Positions 39,111-48,621 of a DNA stretch of 64,000 nucleotides are shown here, in pieces. Position numbers and translations under genes: made by a program. The stretch covers positions 224,001 through 288,000 of the forward strand of contig CAVVNQ010000004.1 in assembly GCA_963749705.1 (NCBI GenBank), written 5' to 3'. The notes beneath the pieces are model-generated. The model did not search any database and had not been told where the DNA came from. It saw only the letters and a program-made list of their open reading frames with translations. Numbering within the stretch: the stretch's first letter is position 1; each line of letters begins with the position of its first letter. Origin of the DNA: an uncultured Chloroflexia bacterium (GTDB lineage Bacteria > Chloroflexota > Limnocylindria > Limnocylindrales > CSP1-4).

Positions 39111-40031
39111 CCGTCGCGGGTTGTCGATCGTGATCCGGTCGATCTCGGCGTCGGACACCCCGGCGGCCCGAAGGCGCGGCAGGAACGTCAGCTGCAGGTG
39201 CGTGTAGCCATTGCCCTCGAATTGGCGCAGCTGGCTGTTGTGGCACACGTCCTGGCTGAGCAGGACGCGATCGATGTGGCCGCGGTGGAGCAGCTCGAGC
39301 ACGAGCTCGACGACCTTGCCCTCGCCGTACTTCTCCATCGGCGTGAACGACATGCCCAGGAAGTCGAACTCGATCGAGGCGCCGCGATTGATCAGTGACA
39401 GGTAGTGGTCGAGCACCGGGTAGCTGTCGGCGTGACCGATGACGATGCGGCCGGGATCGACGCCCTCATCCTCGAGGATCGTCAGCTGCGCGGCGCCGAC
39501 ATCGCTCTGCACGGCGTGGGTCGAGACGGCCAGCCCGGTCCGGCGCGCCGCCCGGGCGACCGCCCGGAACACGCGCTCCTCGGCAGGTGAGACCCATGGC
39601 TTGTCGGTGCCGACCTCCCCCAGGATCCCGGTCCGGATCCCGGTGTCCCCCACCCCGACGGTCGCGTCGGCGACGAGCTCCTCGGCCAGGGAGTCGACCG
39701 ATCGGCGGTCGATCATCGCCTCTGGCGGGTAGTACGCGGTCCGGTACCAGCCGCCGCCCATCACGATGTGGAGGCCGCTTTTCTCGGACAGCGTGCGCAG
39801 CCACAGTGGATCCCGCCCGTTCCCGGGCAGCGTCAGGTCCGCGAGCGCGGTCCCGCCCGCCTCGCGGAACAGGCGAAGCTCCTCCAGGATGACCGGCTCG
39901 TCGCGGGTCAGCTCCCAGTAGTCCCAGCGGTTCTGGATGTGCCACAGCGCGATCTGGGTGTGCTCGTGCGGCAGCGTGAACCCGAGCGTGCCCGGATCGA
40001 CGGGCCCGCGGACGGTCATGACGTGCGACAT
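39093..40031 (-). CDS. Phosphotriesterase-related amidohydrolase
   Basis: TLPHEH, ILGEVG, VSTH, IGHAD, LLSQD and IDNPRRLL motifs; TACGCT 6 nt before ATG. Confidence 0.92.
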   Translation of the reverse strand: MSHVMTVRGPVDPGTLGFTLPHEHTQIALWHIQNRWDYWELTRDEPVILEELRLFREAGGTALADLTLPGNGRDPLWLRTLSEKSGLHIVMGGGWYRTAYYPPEAMIDRRSVDSLAEELVADATVGVGDTGIRTGILGEVGTDKPWVSPAEERVFRAVARAARRTGLAVSTHAVQSDVGAAQLTILEDEGVDPGRIVIGHADSYPVLDHYLSLINRGASIEFDFLGMSFTPMEKYGEGKVVELVLELLHRGHIDRVLLSQDVCHNSQLRQFEGNGYTHLQLTFLPRLRAAGVSDAEIDRITIDNPRRLLTIG

Positions 40032-40292
40032 GGAGCAAGCGTAGTCCGGGAGCGGACGCCCGGCTGCCCCGTCGCGGCGGCGGAGGATTGCGAATGGCCG
40101 ACGGCCGCGGCGCACGGGGCACGCGCGGTCTGGCGCAGGGGGCACGGCGGACTGGGGCGGGCTCCCGCGGCGGACCCACGCCGGCACAGACCGGGATCCA
40201 CGGTGCACCGAGCATCGATGCTCGGTATCGTCCTCCTTGCCGTCCCGCGCGTCCGGCGGCCCACGTCCCGCTCACCGTCACTCGGAGTCCTG

Positions 40293-42620
40293 ATGTTCAG
40301 CCGCTGGGGTGCGTTCGTCTACCGGCGACGCCGGATCTTCCTCGTCCTTGCCATCGTGGTCGGCCTGGCCGGCGCGACCGGTGCCGGCCGCGCCGCCTCC
40401 GTCCTGTCGGCCGGCGGCTGGCTCGACCCGGGCTCCGAATCCGCCCACGTCTCGGATCGCCTTGCCGCCCAGTTCGGCGCGGGTCGCGGCACGCTGATCG
40501 CCCTGTTTCGCGGGCCCGCCGGCGCCGACGCGACGAGCGCCGCGTTCCAGTCCGCGATCACGCGCTCGCTCGCCGACCTGGTGACCGACCCGGATGTCGC
40601 CGGCACGGTGGGCTACGCGCAGACGGGCGATTCGCGGTTCATCGCCACCGCCGGGAACGCGGCCTACGTGGTGATCAACCTGACCGTCACCGACGAGGAA
40701 TCGGTACCCCTGCTGTCACGCTTCGAGTCCCGGATCCGGCAGCCGGGCGACGGCATCCAGCTGCTGCTGGGTGGGTACGCGCCGCTGACCCGCGATTCGG
40801 CGAAGCAGTCCGAGGAGGACCTGGTCCGCGCCGAGACGGTGTCGCTGCCGATCGCCGCGCTCGTCCTCGTGCTCGTGTTCGCCTCGCTGCTCGCCGCCGG
40901 CATCCCGCTCCTGGTCGCGGGTCTCGCGATCCCCACCACCCTGGGCCTGGTCTGGATCGTCGGACAGCAGGTGGAGATGAGCATCTACGTCCAGAACGTG
41001 TCGACGATGCTGGGCCTCGCCCTCGCGATCGACTACTCGCTGTTCATGGTCAGCCGGTTCCGCGAGGAGCTGCACCGCGGGCGCACCGTGGGCGACGCCG
41101 TCGAGATCGCGGTCGCCACGTCGGGCAAGGCCGTCACGTTCTCGGGCATCGCGGTCGCGACCGGGCTGGGCGGGCTGCTCGCGTTCAGCGCCCCCGCGCT
41201 CCGGTCGTTCGGCATCGGCGGGATGCTGACCGTCGCGGCATCGCTGTTCTTTGCGCTCACCTTCCTGCCGGCGCTGCTGGGCATGCTCGGCACGCGGGTG
41301 GACGCGCTGTCGGTCGGCGGCCTGGTCGACCGGCTTCGCGGCCTGACCGGGCGAGCCCCACGGTCGGACGAAGGGCCGGCTCGCTCGCGGTGGGAGCGGG
41401 TCGCGAACGCCGTGATGGCGCGTCCGATCGTCGTCCTCATCCCGACCCTGACGCTGCTGATCGCCGCGGGCACGCCGTTCCTCCAGCTCGAGCAGGGCAT
41501 CCCGGACGCGTTCGTGCTGCCCGCAGGGCTCGAGAGCCGCGATGCCGCGGTCGCACTTCAGCGCGACTTCGAGCCGGGCACGACCACGCCGATCATCGCG
41601 CTCGTGGACGTGCCCGGCGATCCCGCCTCGAGCACCAACGTCGCGGCGCTCGTCGGGTACGCGGACAAGCTGGCCGCCGTCGACGGGGTCGAGCGGGTCG
41701 AGAGCCCGTTCAGCAACATCCCCAACCCGGCCACCGGCCAGCCGCTCACCGCGCAGCAGCTGGCCGCCCTCTACGGGCAGCCGAAGTCGACCTGGCCGCC
41801 ACAGCTCGTGGAGCTGTGGGATCGATACGTCCAGGGCTCGACCGTCCGCTTCGATGCCATCAGCCCCCTCCTCACGTCCTCGCCCCAGGGGACGGCGATC
41901 ATCCCGGTCATCCGCGCGATCGACCCGGGTGCCGGCCTGTCCGCCGCGGTGGGCGGGTTTGCCGCGACCGGCCACGACTTCCTCCAGGCGCAGGCCGACC
42001 GCACGCCGATCGCGGTGGGCGTCGTCCTGATCGCGATGGGCGCGATCCTGTTCCTCCTGTTCGGGTCGGTGGTGCTGCCGGCAAAGGCGATCGTGATGAC
42101 GCTGCTGTCGATCAGCGCGTCGTTCGGCGCCCTGGTCTGGATCTTCCAGGAGGGCAACCTCAGCGACCAGCTCGCGTTCACCTCGCCCGGGTTCACGATC
42201 GCGGGCAACCCGATCATCATGTTCTGCGTCCTGTTCGGGCTGTCGATGGACTACGAGGTGCTCCTCCTGTCGCGGATCCAGGAGGCCTACCGCCGCACGG
42301 ACGACAACCGCGCGTCGGTTGCGGAGGGGCTGGCGAGGACCGCGGGCGTCATCACGGGCGCCGCAGCGATCATGGTCTCGGTGTTCGCGGCATTCGCCCT
42401 GGCCGAGACGATCACGATCAAGAGCATCGGCGTCGGGATGGCGATCGCGGTCCTGGTCGACGCGACGATCGTGCGCATCCTGGTGGTTCCGGCCACGATG
42501 CGGCTGCTCGGCCGCTGGAACTGGTGGGCGCCGGGGCTGATGTCCCGGTTCGCGGATCGGGTCGGGTTCAGCCACGTCGAGGACGAGGTGGCGATCCCCG
42601 CCCGCGACGCGCCGGCCTGA
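40293..42620 (+). CDS. MMPL family transporter
   Basis: GLALAIDYSLF...RFREEL, FGLSMDYEV...SRIQE and VDATIVR...VPATM...WNWW motifs. Confidence 0.94.
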   Translation: MFSRWGAFVYRRRRIFLVLAIVVGLAGATGAGRAASVLSAGGWLDPGSESAHVSDRLAAQFGAGRGTLIALFRGPAGADATSAAFQSAITRSLADLVTDPDVAGTVGYAQTGDSRFIATAGNAAYVVINLTVTDEESVPLLSRFESRIRQPGDGIQLLLGGYAPLTRDSAKQSEEDLVRAETVSLPIAALVLVLVFASLLAAGIPLLVAGLAIPTTLGLVWIVGQQVEMSIYVQNVSTMLGLALAIDYSLFMVSRFREELHRGRTVGDAVEIAVATSGKAVTFSGIAVATGLGGLLAFSAPALRSFGIGGMLTVAASLFFALTFLPALLGMLGTRVDALSVGGLVDRLRGLTGRAPRSDEGPARSRWERVANAVMARPIVVLIPTLTLLIAAGTPFLQLEQGIPDAFVLPAGLESRDAAVALQRDFEPGTTTPIIALVDVPGDPASSTNVAALVGYADKLAAVDGVERVESPFSNIPNPATGQPLTAQQLAALYGQPKSTWPPQLVELWDRYVQGSTVRFDAISPLLTSSPQGTAIIPVIRAIDPGAGLSAAVGGFAATGHDFLQAQADRTPIAVGVVLIAMGAILFLLFGSVVLPAKAIVMTLLSISASFGALVWIFQEGNLSDQLAFTSPGFTIAGNPIIMFCVLFGLSMDYEVLLLSRIQEAYRRTDDNRASVAEGLARTAGVITGAAAIMVSVFAAFALAETITIKSIGVGMAIAVLVDATIVRILVVPATMRLLGRWNWWAPGLMSRFADRVGFSHVEDEVAIPARDAPA

Positions 42621-42631
42621 CATGGCCGGGG

Positions 42632-42688
42632 GCGGCCGAGGCACGGGCGCCGGCCGAGGCACGGGGCGGCCGAGGCACGCGGGGCGGC
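42632..42688. repeat. Short imperfect tandem repeat (cggccgaggcacg x3)
   Basis: Three copies between the MMPL stop and the mug start. Confidence 0.6.
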
Positions 42689-42722
42689 GACCGAGCCGGC
42701 GGCGCGCGTCGGGGGAGCGGGA

Positions 42723-43237
42723 ATGCCCCCGAAAGGTCGGCGGTCCCCGACATCCTGGCGCCTGGGCTGCGGCTGGTGCTCGTCGGGATCAATCCGGGCC
42801 GCGTGTCCGCCGCCGCGGCCGCCCACTTCGCCAATCCGCGCAACGACTTCTGGCGGCTGCTCTACGCCTCGGGCCTGACGCCGCGGCTGCTCGAGCCGCG
42901 GGAGCAGGAAGAGCTGCTCGCGCTGCGCATCGGGATCACCAATGCCGCGCTGCGGACGACGCCCGGGTCCGGCGACCTGCGGGCGGCGGACTTCGCGGGC
43001 AGCGCGGCTCGGCTGGAGCGGATCGCGCTGGTGCTCCAGCCCGCGGTGCTCGCATTCGTGGGCAAGGAGGCATGGCGCGGGGTGTTCGGACAGCGGCCGG
43101 AGCTCGGCCTGCAGGCGCGCCGGATCGGGGACACGCGGCTTTTCGTCCTGCCGTCAACCTCGCCCGCCAACGCCGCAGTCCCGTGGCCGGAGCGGCTGCA
43201 CTGGTTCCGCGAGCTGGCCGCGATCGTCCCCGCCTGA
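42723..43237 (+). CDS. mug: G/U mismatch-specific DNA glycosylase (Mug/TDG family); start codon out of frame by one base
   Basis: VPDIL...VGINPG, HFANPRNDFW, GITN and LPSTSPANA motifs; no in-frame ATG/GTG upstream, but RBS plus ATG 42723 would be in frame with one more C in the C5 run. Confidence 0.85.
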
Positions 43238-43277
43238 CCGCGCTACGCTCTGCGACGACGCAGCGGAGGATGGGCGG

Positions 43278-43838
43278 ATGAGCGATCGACGGGACGAGCC
43301 GGTGCGGGGCGATGTCCTGGACGCGGGCCGGGTACGAGCCTACGGCTGGGAATGGACCGAGTTCGGCGGGTCGCGCAATCGAACCCGGCTGCCCTGGTTC
43401 GGGATCTTCCTGGTCGTGTTCGGCGGGCTCCTGCTGCTGCGCCAGGTCTATCCGTCGCTCGACACGGCGGGCTCGCTCCTGTTCCTCGCAGCGGGCGTCG
43501 CGTTCCTCGTCTCGTGGCTGGTCAACCGCGGCATCGGGTCGCTGTACCTGGGCTCGATCATCACCGCGCTCGCCGCCCCCGACCTGCTCGCGGCCGCCAG
43601 GATCGTCGAGGGGCCGGGGGTGGGCACGTTCTGCCTGGGTGTCGCGTTCCTGTTCATCGCGGCCGTCCGCGCGGCGAGCGGCGCGGGCTGGGGATGGCAG
43701 GCCGGCCTGGGCGTGATCCTCGCGGCGATCGGCGGGTCGAGCATCGCGGTCCCCGAGTTCAACGACCTCGTGTGGCCGATCCTGCTGGTCGTGCTGGGCG
43801 GGATCCTGCTCATCCGCGCATCGCGCGTCCGCGCCTGA
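43278..43838 (+). CDS. Hypothetical membrane protein
   Basis: About six TM helices; LiaF/LiaI-like WPILLVVLGGILL end. Confidence 0.7.
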   Translation: MSDRRDEPVRGDVLDAGRVRAYGWEWTEFGGSRNRTRLPWFGIFLVVFGGLLLLRQVYPSLDTAGSLLFLAAGVAFLVSWLVNRGIGSLYLGSIITALAAPDLLAAARIVEGPGVGTFCLGVAFLFIAAVRAASGAGWGWQAGLGVILAAIGGSSIAVPEFNDLVWPILLVVLGGILLIRASRVRA

Positions 43839-43874
43839 GGCGGGTCGCTCAGGGCGCCGCACCTTCCGCGCGTC

Positions 43875-45221
43875 CTAGCCTCGCGTCGCCGCCCCGATCT
43901 CCGCGAGCGCGAGGTCGATCGCATCGCCCAGCCCGCCCGCGATCCGAACGAGCTCGTCGTCCGTGATGACGAACGGCGGCCCGAGCACGATGACGTCGCC
44001 ATCGACGCCGTCGGCGTTGCCGGTGCCCGAGTACAGGAGCAGCCCGCGCTCGCGCGCGATGCGCACGATCGTCTCCGCCAGCCGCGATGCCCGCGGGTAG
44101 GGCTCGGTCGTCTCGCGGTCGCGCACCAGCTCGACCCCCACCATCAGCCCGCGGCCCCGGATGTCACCGACCGAGGGGTGGTCGCCGAGCCGGTCGCGAA
44201 GCAGACCGAGCAGCCGCTCCCCCTTGACGGCGGACGCCTCGACGAGCGACTCCGCCTCGAGGATCCGAAGGACCTCGCGAGCCACCGCCGCGCCCGTGGG
44301 CTGGTGCGAGTAGGTGAAGCCATGGACGAACGGACCGGCGCCGGTGACGGTGTCGTGGAGCTCGCCCGAGGCGGCGACGAAGCCGAACGGCCAGTACCCG
44401 GAGGTGGCGCCCTTGGCCGCGACGAGCAGGTCGGGCCGGACCCGCTCATGGTCCATCCCGAACCACCTGCCGGTGCGCCCGAAGCCGGTCATCACCTCGT
44501 CGGCGATCAGCAGCACCCCGTGCTGGCGGCAGACGTCGGCAACCGCGGGCCAGTAGCCGGGCGGCGGGGCGACGGCGCCCAGGGTGGCGCCCACGACCGG
44601 CTCGCCGACGAACGCGGCGACGGTGCCCGGACCGGCGGTGGTGAACGCGCGGTCCAGCTCATCCACCAGCTCCTGCGTCGTGCCCAGCGACTGGGACCCT
44701 GCGTAGGCGCCGCGGTAGGGGTATGCGGCGCTCACGTGCCGGAACCGACCCAGCCACCCCTCGTACGGCCGGCGCAACGGCCGGCGCCCGGACAGGTCGA
44801 GCGCCCCCAGCGTGTTGCCGTGGTAGCTGCCCCAGCGCGCGAACACGATCCAGCGGTCCGGCTCGCCGCGCGCGATCTGCGCGGCGCGGGCCAGCTTGAG
44901 CGCGGTCTCGATCGCCTCCGAACCGCCCGACACCGGGTAGATCGCCGGGTCCTCGACGGGAAGGTGGGCGGCCACCTCGGTGGCATACGCCTCGAGCGGC
45001 GCGGTCGTGAATGCGGATCCGTGCGCGTACGACAGGCGCGCCGCCTGCTCTGCGATCCGATCGGCGATCTCCCGCCGGCCGTGGCCGACGTTCACGACGA
45101 CCGCGCCACCCGCGGCATCGAGGTACTCCCGGCCCTGTGCGTCGACGATCGTGGAGCCATGCGCCTCGACCGCGACCGCGGGGTTGGGCGACGAGGAACG
45201 GAGGAAGACGCGGCCGCTCAT
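43875..45221 (-). CDS. Class III PLP aminotransferase (BioA/GabT-like)
   Basis: YLDAAGG, GGSEAIETALK, SYHGNT, IADEVMTGFGRTG, AAKG and HGFTY motifs. Confidence 0.93.
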   Translation of the reverse strand: MSGRVFLRSSSPNPAVAVEAHGSTIVDAQGREYLDAAGGAVVVNVGHGRREIADRIAEQAARLSYAHGSAFTTAPLEAYATEVAAHLPVEDPAIYPVSGGSEAIETALKLARAAQIARGEPDRWIVFARWGSYHGNTLGALDLSGRRPLRRPYEGWLGRFRHVSAAYPYRGAYAGSQSLGTTQELVDELDRAFTTAGPGTVAAFVGEPVVGATLGAVAPPPGYWPAVADVCRQHGVLLIADEVMTGFGRTGRWFGMDHERVRPDLLVAAKGATSGYWPFGFVAASGELHDTVTGAGPFVHGFTYSHQPTGAAVAREVLRILEAESLVEASAVKGERLLGLLRDRLGDHPSVGDIRGRGLMVGVELVRDRETTEPYPRASRLAETIVRIARERGLLLYSGTGNADGVDGDVIVLGPPFVITDDELVRIAGGLGDAIDLALAEIGAATRG

Positions 45222-45250
45222 CGGCGCGCGACGGCATGGGGTTGGGTCAC
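45218..45250 (-). CDS. Putative leaderless 10-aa uORF (MTQPHAVARR) coupled to the aminotransferase
   Basis: TACAAT (45262-45257), 6 nt spacer, GTG; its TGA overlaps the aminotransferase ATG (ATGA). Confidence 0.4.
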   Translation of the reverse strand: MTQPHAVARR

Positions 45251-45428
45251 GCGCCGATTGTAGGCGGCACGGTCGGGCGGCGGGTCTCACGCATCCACGG
45301 CACCCGGCGCTGCGCCGGGCACCACGGCGCCCCGGGTTGATGCGGACCGGGGGAAGGGAGGCCGGTTCCGCGCCCGGGGCGTCGGGTTGTGTTGGGTGGA
45401 CGGCCCGCGGAATCGGGCCCGGTCCGGT

Positions 45429-46628
45429 CTAGACGCGTCCCTTCGGCACGGTGTGCCAGTACGTCTTGTTGAACACGATCTTGCCCAGGTGCCACAGCTG
45501 GTTCGGCTTGGGCGGCCGGGGCGGATGGTCGTAGTCGAACTGGAGCAGCGTGCCCTTGCCGTCGCCGACCTCGAAGAAGCACATGACCTTGCCGCCATAG
45601 GTCGAATGCTTGCCCGCCGGCTTCTTGCCGAGCACCGCGGCGGCGACCCGTTCGGCGATGACGGGGGCCTCGAAGTGGGCGGTCGACCCCGCCTTCGAGA
45701 GGGGCAGGTCCGTGGTGTCGCCCAGGGCGTGGATGTTCGGGTAGCGGGGAATGTCCTCGTCGGCCTGGCCGGGCGCGGCCTTGGCGACGGTCTTGACCTG
45801 GAGCGTGTGGCGGTCGGTGGGCAGCCAGCCCGACTTGGGCGCGAGCCCGGAGTCGATCAGGAACTGCGCGCCCTTGTGCGGAGGCACGACGATCAGGAGG
45901 TCGTACGGATGCTCCTCGAACGCGTCGGTGATGGCCACCTTGCGCTGGGGGTCGATCTGGGCGATGCCCGCGAGCAGCTCGAGGTGGATGCCCTTCTGCT
46001 CGAAGATCGGGGTCACCATCTCGGACACGCTCTCGATCGTGAACGCCCGGTTGATCGGCGACAGGAACGTGATCTCGCTCTTCTCGCGCAGGCCGCGGGC
46101 ACGGAGCTCGGACTCGATCAGGAAGGCGACCTCGAGCGGCGCCGGCGGGCACTTGTAGGGGATGCCCGCGATGCCGATCACGATCCTCCCACCCTGGAAG
46201 GCATCGAGCGCCTTGCGCAGCTTGGCCGCCGCGCCGGGGGTGTAGAAGTGATGCGCCTCGGTGTCGAAGCCATCGGTCAGCTCGGGCATGATCCGTGAGC
46301 CGGTGGCGATCACCAGCTGGTCGTACCGGAGCGTCTCGCCCGACGCAAGCTCGACCGACTGCCCCGTCGCATCGATGCGGGTGACCTTGTCGACCACGAG
46401 ATCGACGTTGCCGTCGAGGAGCGACTTCTCCGACCGGACGAGACGTTCGGGCTTCTCGTTGCCCATGGCGATGTACATGTAGCCGGGCTGGTACGTGTGG
46501 CGGCCGGTCGCGTCGACGACGGTGACCCTGGCCTCCTGGCGCGCGATGGGCCCCTTGAGCTTGCGTGCGATGAGGTTGGCGGCGAGGGTCCCCCCCACCC
46601 CGCCGCCCAGGACGACGACCCGCTTCAT
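45429..46628 (-). CDS. Sulfide:quinone oxidoreductase-like flavoprotein (SQR/FCSD family, type III-like)
   Basis: GGGVGG FAD motif, YQPG, YKCPPAPLE and MCFFEVG (two redox Cys), GDTT...SKAG. Confidence 0.85.
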   Translation of the reverse strand: MKRVVVLGGGVGGTLAANLIARKLKGPIARQEARVTVVDATGRHTYQPGYMYIAMGNEKPERLVRSEKSLLDGNVDLVVDKVTRIDATGQSVELASGETLRYDQLVIATGSRIMPELTDGFDTEAHHFYTPGAAAKLRKALDAFQGGRIVIGIAGIPYKCPPAPLEVAFLIESELRARGLREKSEITFLSPINRAFTIESVSEMVTPIFEQKGIHLELLAGIAQIDPQRKVAITDAFEEHPYDLLIVVPPHKGAQFLIDSGLAPKSGWLPTDRHTLQVKTVAKAAPGQADEDIPRYPNIHALGDTTDLPLSKAGSTAHFEAPVIAERVAAAVLGKKPAGKHSTYGGKVMCFFEVGDGKGTLLQFDYDHPPRPPKPNQLWHLGKIVFNKTYWHTVPKGRV

Positions 46629-46632
46629 GGGG

Positions 46633-46896
46633 CTACCGCACCTTCTCGACGATGATCTCGTCGAAGCCGTCGCGGGTGAACACGCCGATCAGGTTGTGGC
46701 CGGCCTTCTCGATCCACTTGGGGATGTCGGTCTTGCTTCCCTTGTCCGAGGACAGGACCGACAGGACGTCGCCGGTCTCGGCCTCGCGCATGCCCCGGAT
46801 GAGCTCCATCAGGGGTCCGGGGCAGAAGCTGCCGCGGGCGTCGAGGGTGGTGGTGATGGCGGGAATGGTGGTGGGGGCGGTTGCGGTCTCAGTCAT
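46633..46896 (-). CDS. tusA: TusA/SirA family sulfur carrier
   Basis: LDARGSFCPGP motif; 87 aa. Confidence 0.88.
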   Translation of the reverse strand: MTETATAPTTIPAITTTLDARGSFCPGPLMELIRGMREAETGDVLSVLSSDKGSKTDIPKWIEKAGHNLIGVFTRDGFDEIIVEKVR

Positions 46897-46976
46897 CGGA
46901 ATGTCCCTTCCGGGGGATGCGGGCGATCGGAACCGGTACGGAGGGGGCCCGCACCGTTCGCCCGATCGGTTGGCGT

Positions 46977-47525
46977 CTAGATGAACAGCGGGGACGAGCC
47001 CTCGCCGACGTAGGACAGGTAGGTGGCGGCCCCGACGGGCTCGCCCATGCCCTCGATCAGGTCCTCGCGCTTGATGCCGAACATGTCCATCGTCATCTGG
47101 CACGGGATGAACTCGACGCCCATCGACTGGGCGATCTCGAGCAGCTCCTTGGGGCTGGCCACGTTGTACTGCCTGGCCAGCTTGCGCATCATCCACGGGC
47201 CCATGCCCAGGAAGTTCATCTTCGAGAGCTTGCGGTGGCTGATGCCCGGGCGCTGCATGAACGACATCATCTTCTGCATCCAGTTCTCGCCCGTGATGCG
47301 GACGTCGTCCCGGACGAAGGTCTGGAGGCCCCAGAAGGTGACGAACACCTTGGTCGGCATCGCCATGGCGCCGGCTGTGGAGGCGAGGATCATGGCCGCC
47401 CAGGTCTTCTCGAGATCACCGCTGTAGCAGATGATCGCGAGGCCCTTGGGCTGGACCTCCGCCTCCGGCGCGGGTGCCGGCTCGGGCAGGGTGTCGGGGG
47501 TGACGGGGAGGTCTGCGACAACCAT
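46977..47525 (-). CDS. DsrE2/DrsH-like sulfurtransferase
   Basis: SGDLEK...FVTFWGL and IPCQMTMDMFG motifs. Confidence 0.88.
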   Translation of the reverse strand: MVVADLPVTPDTLPEPAPAPEAEVQPKGLAIICYSGDLEKTWAAMILASTAGAMAMPTKVFVTFWGLQTFVRDDVRITGENWMQKMMSFMQRPGISHRKLSKMNFLGMGPWMMRKLARQYNVASPKELLEIAQSMGVEFIPCQMTMDMFGIKREDLIEGMGEPVGAATYLSYVGEGSSPLFI

Positions 47526-47533
47526 CGTGTGGC

Positions 47534-47770
47534 CTACTTTCGGCGAAGGACGAAGCGGAACACGCCGCCGTCCGCGCTCTGCTCGACGATCTCGTTGCCG
47601 GTCGTCTTCGACCAGGCGGCGAAGTCCTTGACGGACCCCGGGTCGGTCGCGATGACCTCCAGGGTCTGACCGGATGCGAGGCCCTTCATGGCCTGCGCGG
47701 TCTTGACGATCGGCATCGGGCAGTTGAGCCCCTTCGCATCGACCGTCACATCTGCGGTGACCGTGCTCAT
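47534..47770 (-). CDS. tusA: TusA/SirA family sulfur carrier
   Basis: VDAKGLNCPMP and TDPGSVKDF motifs. Confidence 0.92.
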   Translation of the reverse strand: MSTVTADVTVDAKGLNCPMPIVKTAQAMKGLASGQTLEVIATDPGSVKDFAAWSKTTGNEIVEQSADGGVFRFVLRRK

Positions 47771-47810
47771 TCGTTGCTCCTTCCCGCGGCGAAGCTCGCC
47801 GCCATGTGGG

Positions 47811-48224
47811 CTAGATGAAGACGACCTGGCCCTCGCCCGCGTTGAGGTAGAAGGCGGTCACGCCCTCCACGCCATCGACGAGCGGGTCGAGGTCCTCGGC
47901 CTCGAGGTGGAGGAGGTCCATCGACAGCGAGCAGGCCTGGATGTCGACCGAGCCGAGGTCCTTGGCCTGGCGGAGGGTCTCCGCCCAGCTGGCCTGGCCG
48001 GCCTTCGCCAGGGCATCGACGGCGGCCCGGCCACCGGGGCCGGCTTCCGGGGCGAGCCCGTGGTCGGCGTCGATCCTGGCCTTGCTGAACGCGTCGAGCG
48101 CCCAGTACTGGAGGAACACGTTGACCTGCTTGCCCAGCGCGGCTGCACCGGCGGTCAGCACGGCGGCGGCCTGGAGCTTGTCGTCGGTCCCGGAGAACAG
48201 GACCAGGTTGAGGGGTTCGTCCAT
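47811..48224 (-). CDS. DsrE/DsrF/DrsH-like protein
   Basis: FSGTDDKL...FLQYWAL and IQACSLSMDL motifs. Confidence 0.85.
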   Translation of the reverse strand: MDEPLNLVLFSGTDDKLQAAAVLTAGAAALGKQVNVFLQYWALDAFSKARIDADHGLAPEAGPGGRAAVDALAKAGQASWAETLRQAKDLGSVDIQACSLSMDLLHLEAEDLDPLVDGVEGVTAFYLNAGEGQVVFI

Positions 48225-48243
48225 GATGTCGTGCCTCGCTCAG

Positions 48244-48588
48244 CTACTGGATCTCGACAAGGTCTGACGTGACCTGATCAACGCTGGACAGGCGTCCGAG
48301 GCGGGAAAGCCGGCGGGTGAGGACGCCGCGCATCACGCCACAGGCGACGATCACGTCGGGATCCGACAGCCGGTAGCGAACCTCGCGGCCGTCACGCTCG
48401 GCGTCCACCAGGCCACTGGCTCGCAGCACCGACAGATGCTGGGAGATGTTGGGCTGGCTGACCCCGAGCTCGTCGGCGAGCCGGCTGACCTCGCACGGGC
48501 CTTCCGAAAGGCGGTGGAGGATCTCCAGCCGCCGGGGGCTCGCGAGGGTCTTCAGGATGTCTGCCTGCAGCACCAAGATCTCGTCCAT
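48244..48588 (-). CDS. ArsR/SmtB family repressor
   Basis: LKTLASPRRLEIL...VSQPNISQHLSVLRASGLV...RDGREVRYRL; two Cys. Confidence 0.92.
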   Translation of the reverse strand: MDEILVLQADILKTLASPRRLEILHRLSEGPCEVSRLADELGVSQPNISQHLSVLRASGLVDAERDGREVRYRLSDPDVIVACGVMRGVLTRRLSRLGRLSSVDQVTSDLVEIQ

Positions 48589-48605
48589 GGCCCAAGCATC
48601 GCCAT

Positions 48606-48621
48606 ATGCGCAGATGCGCAT
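48606..48621. promoter_or_regulatory. Perfect inverted repeat ATGCGCA-GA-TGCGCAT; likely ArsR operator
   Basis: 7-2-7 palindrome 17 nt upstream of the arsR ATG. Confidence 0.7.

Noticed and set aside
40088-42722. 1049-aa ORF ending in Mug as a large fusion
   Set aside because: The upstream part is an alternate frame of the MMPL gene; only the last ~170 aa are Mug
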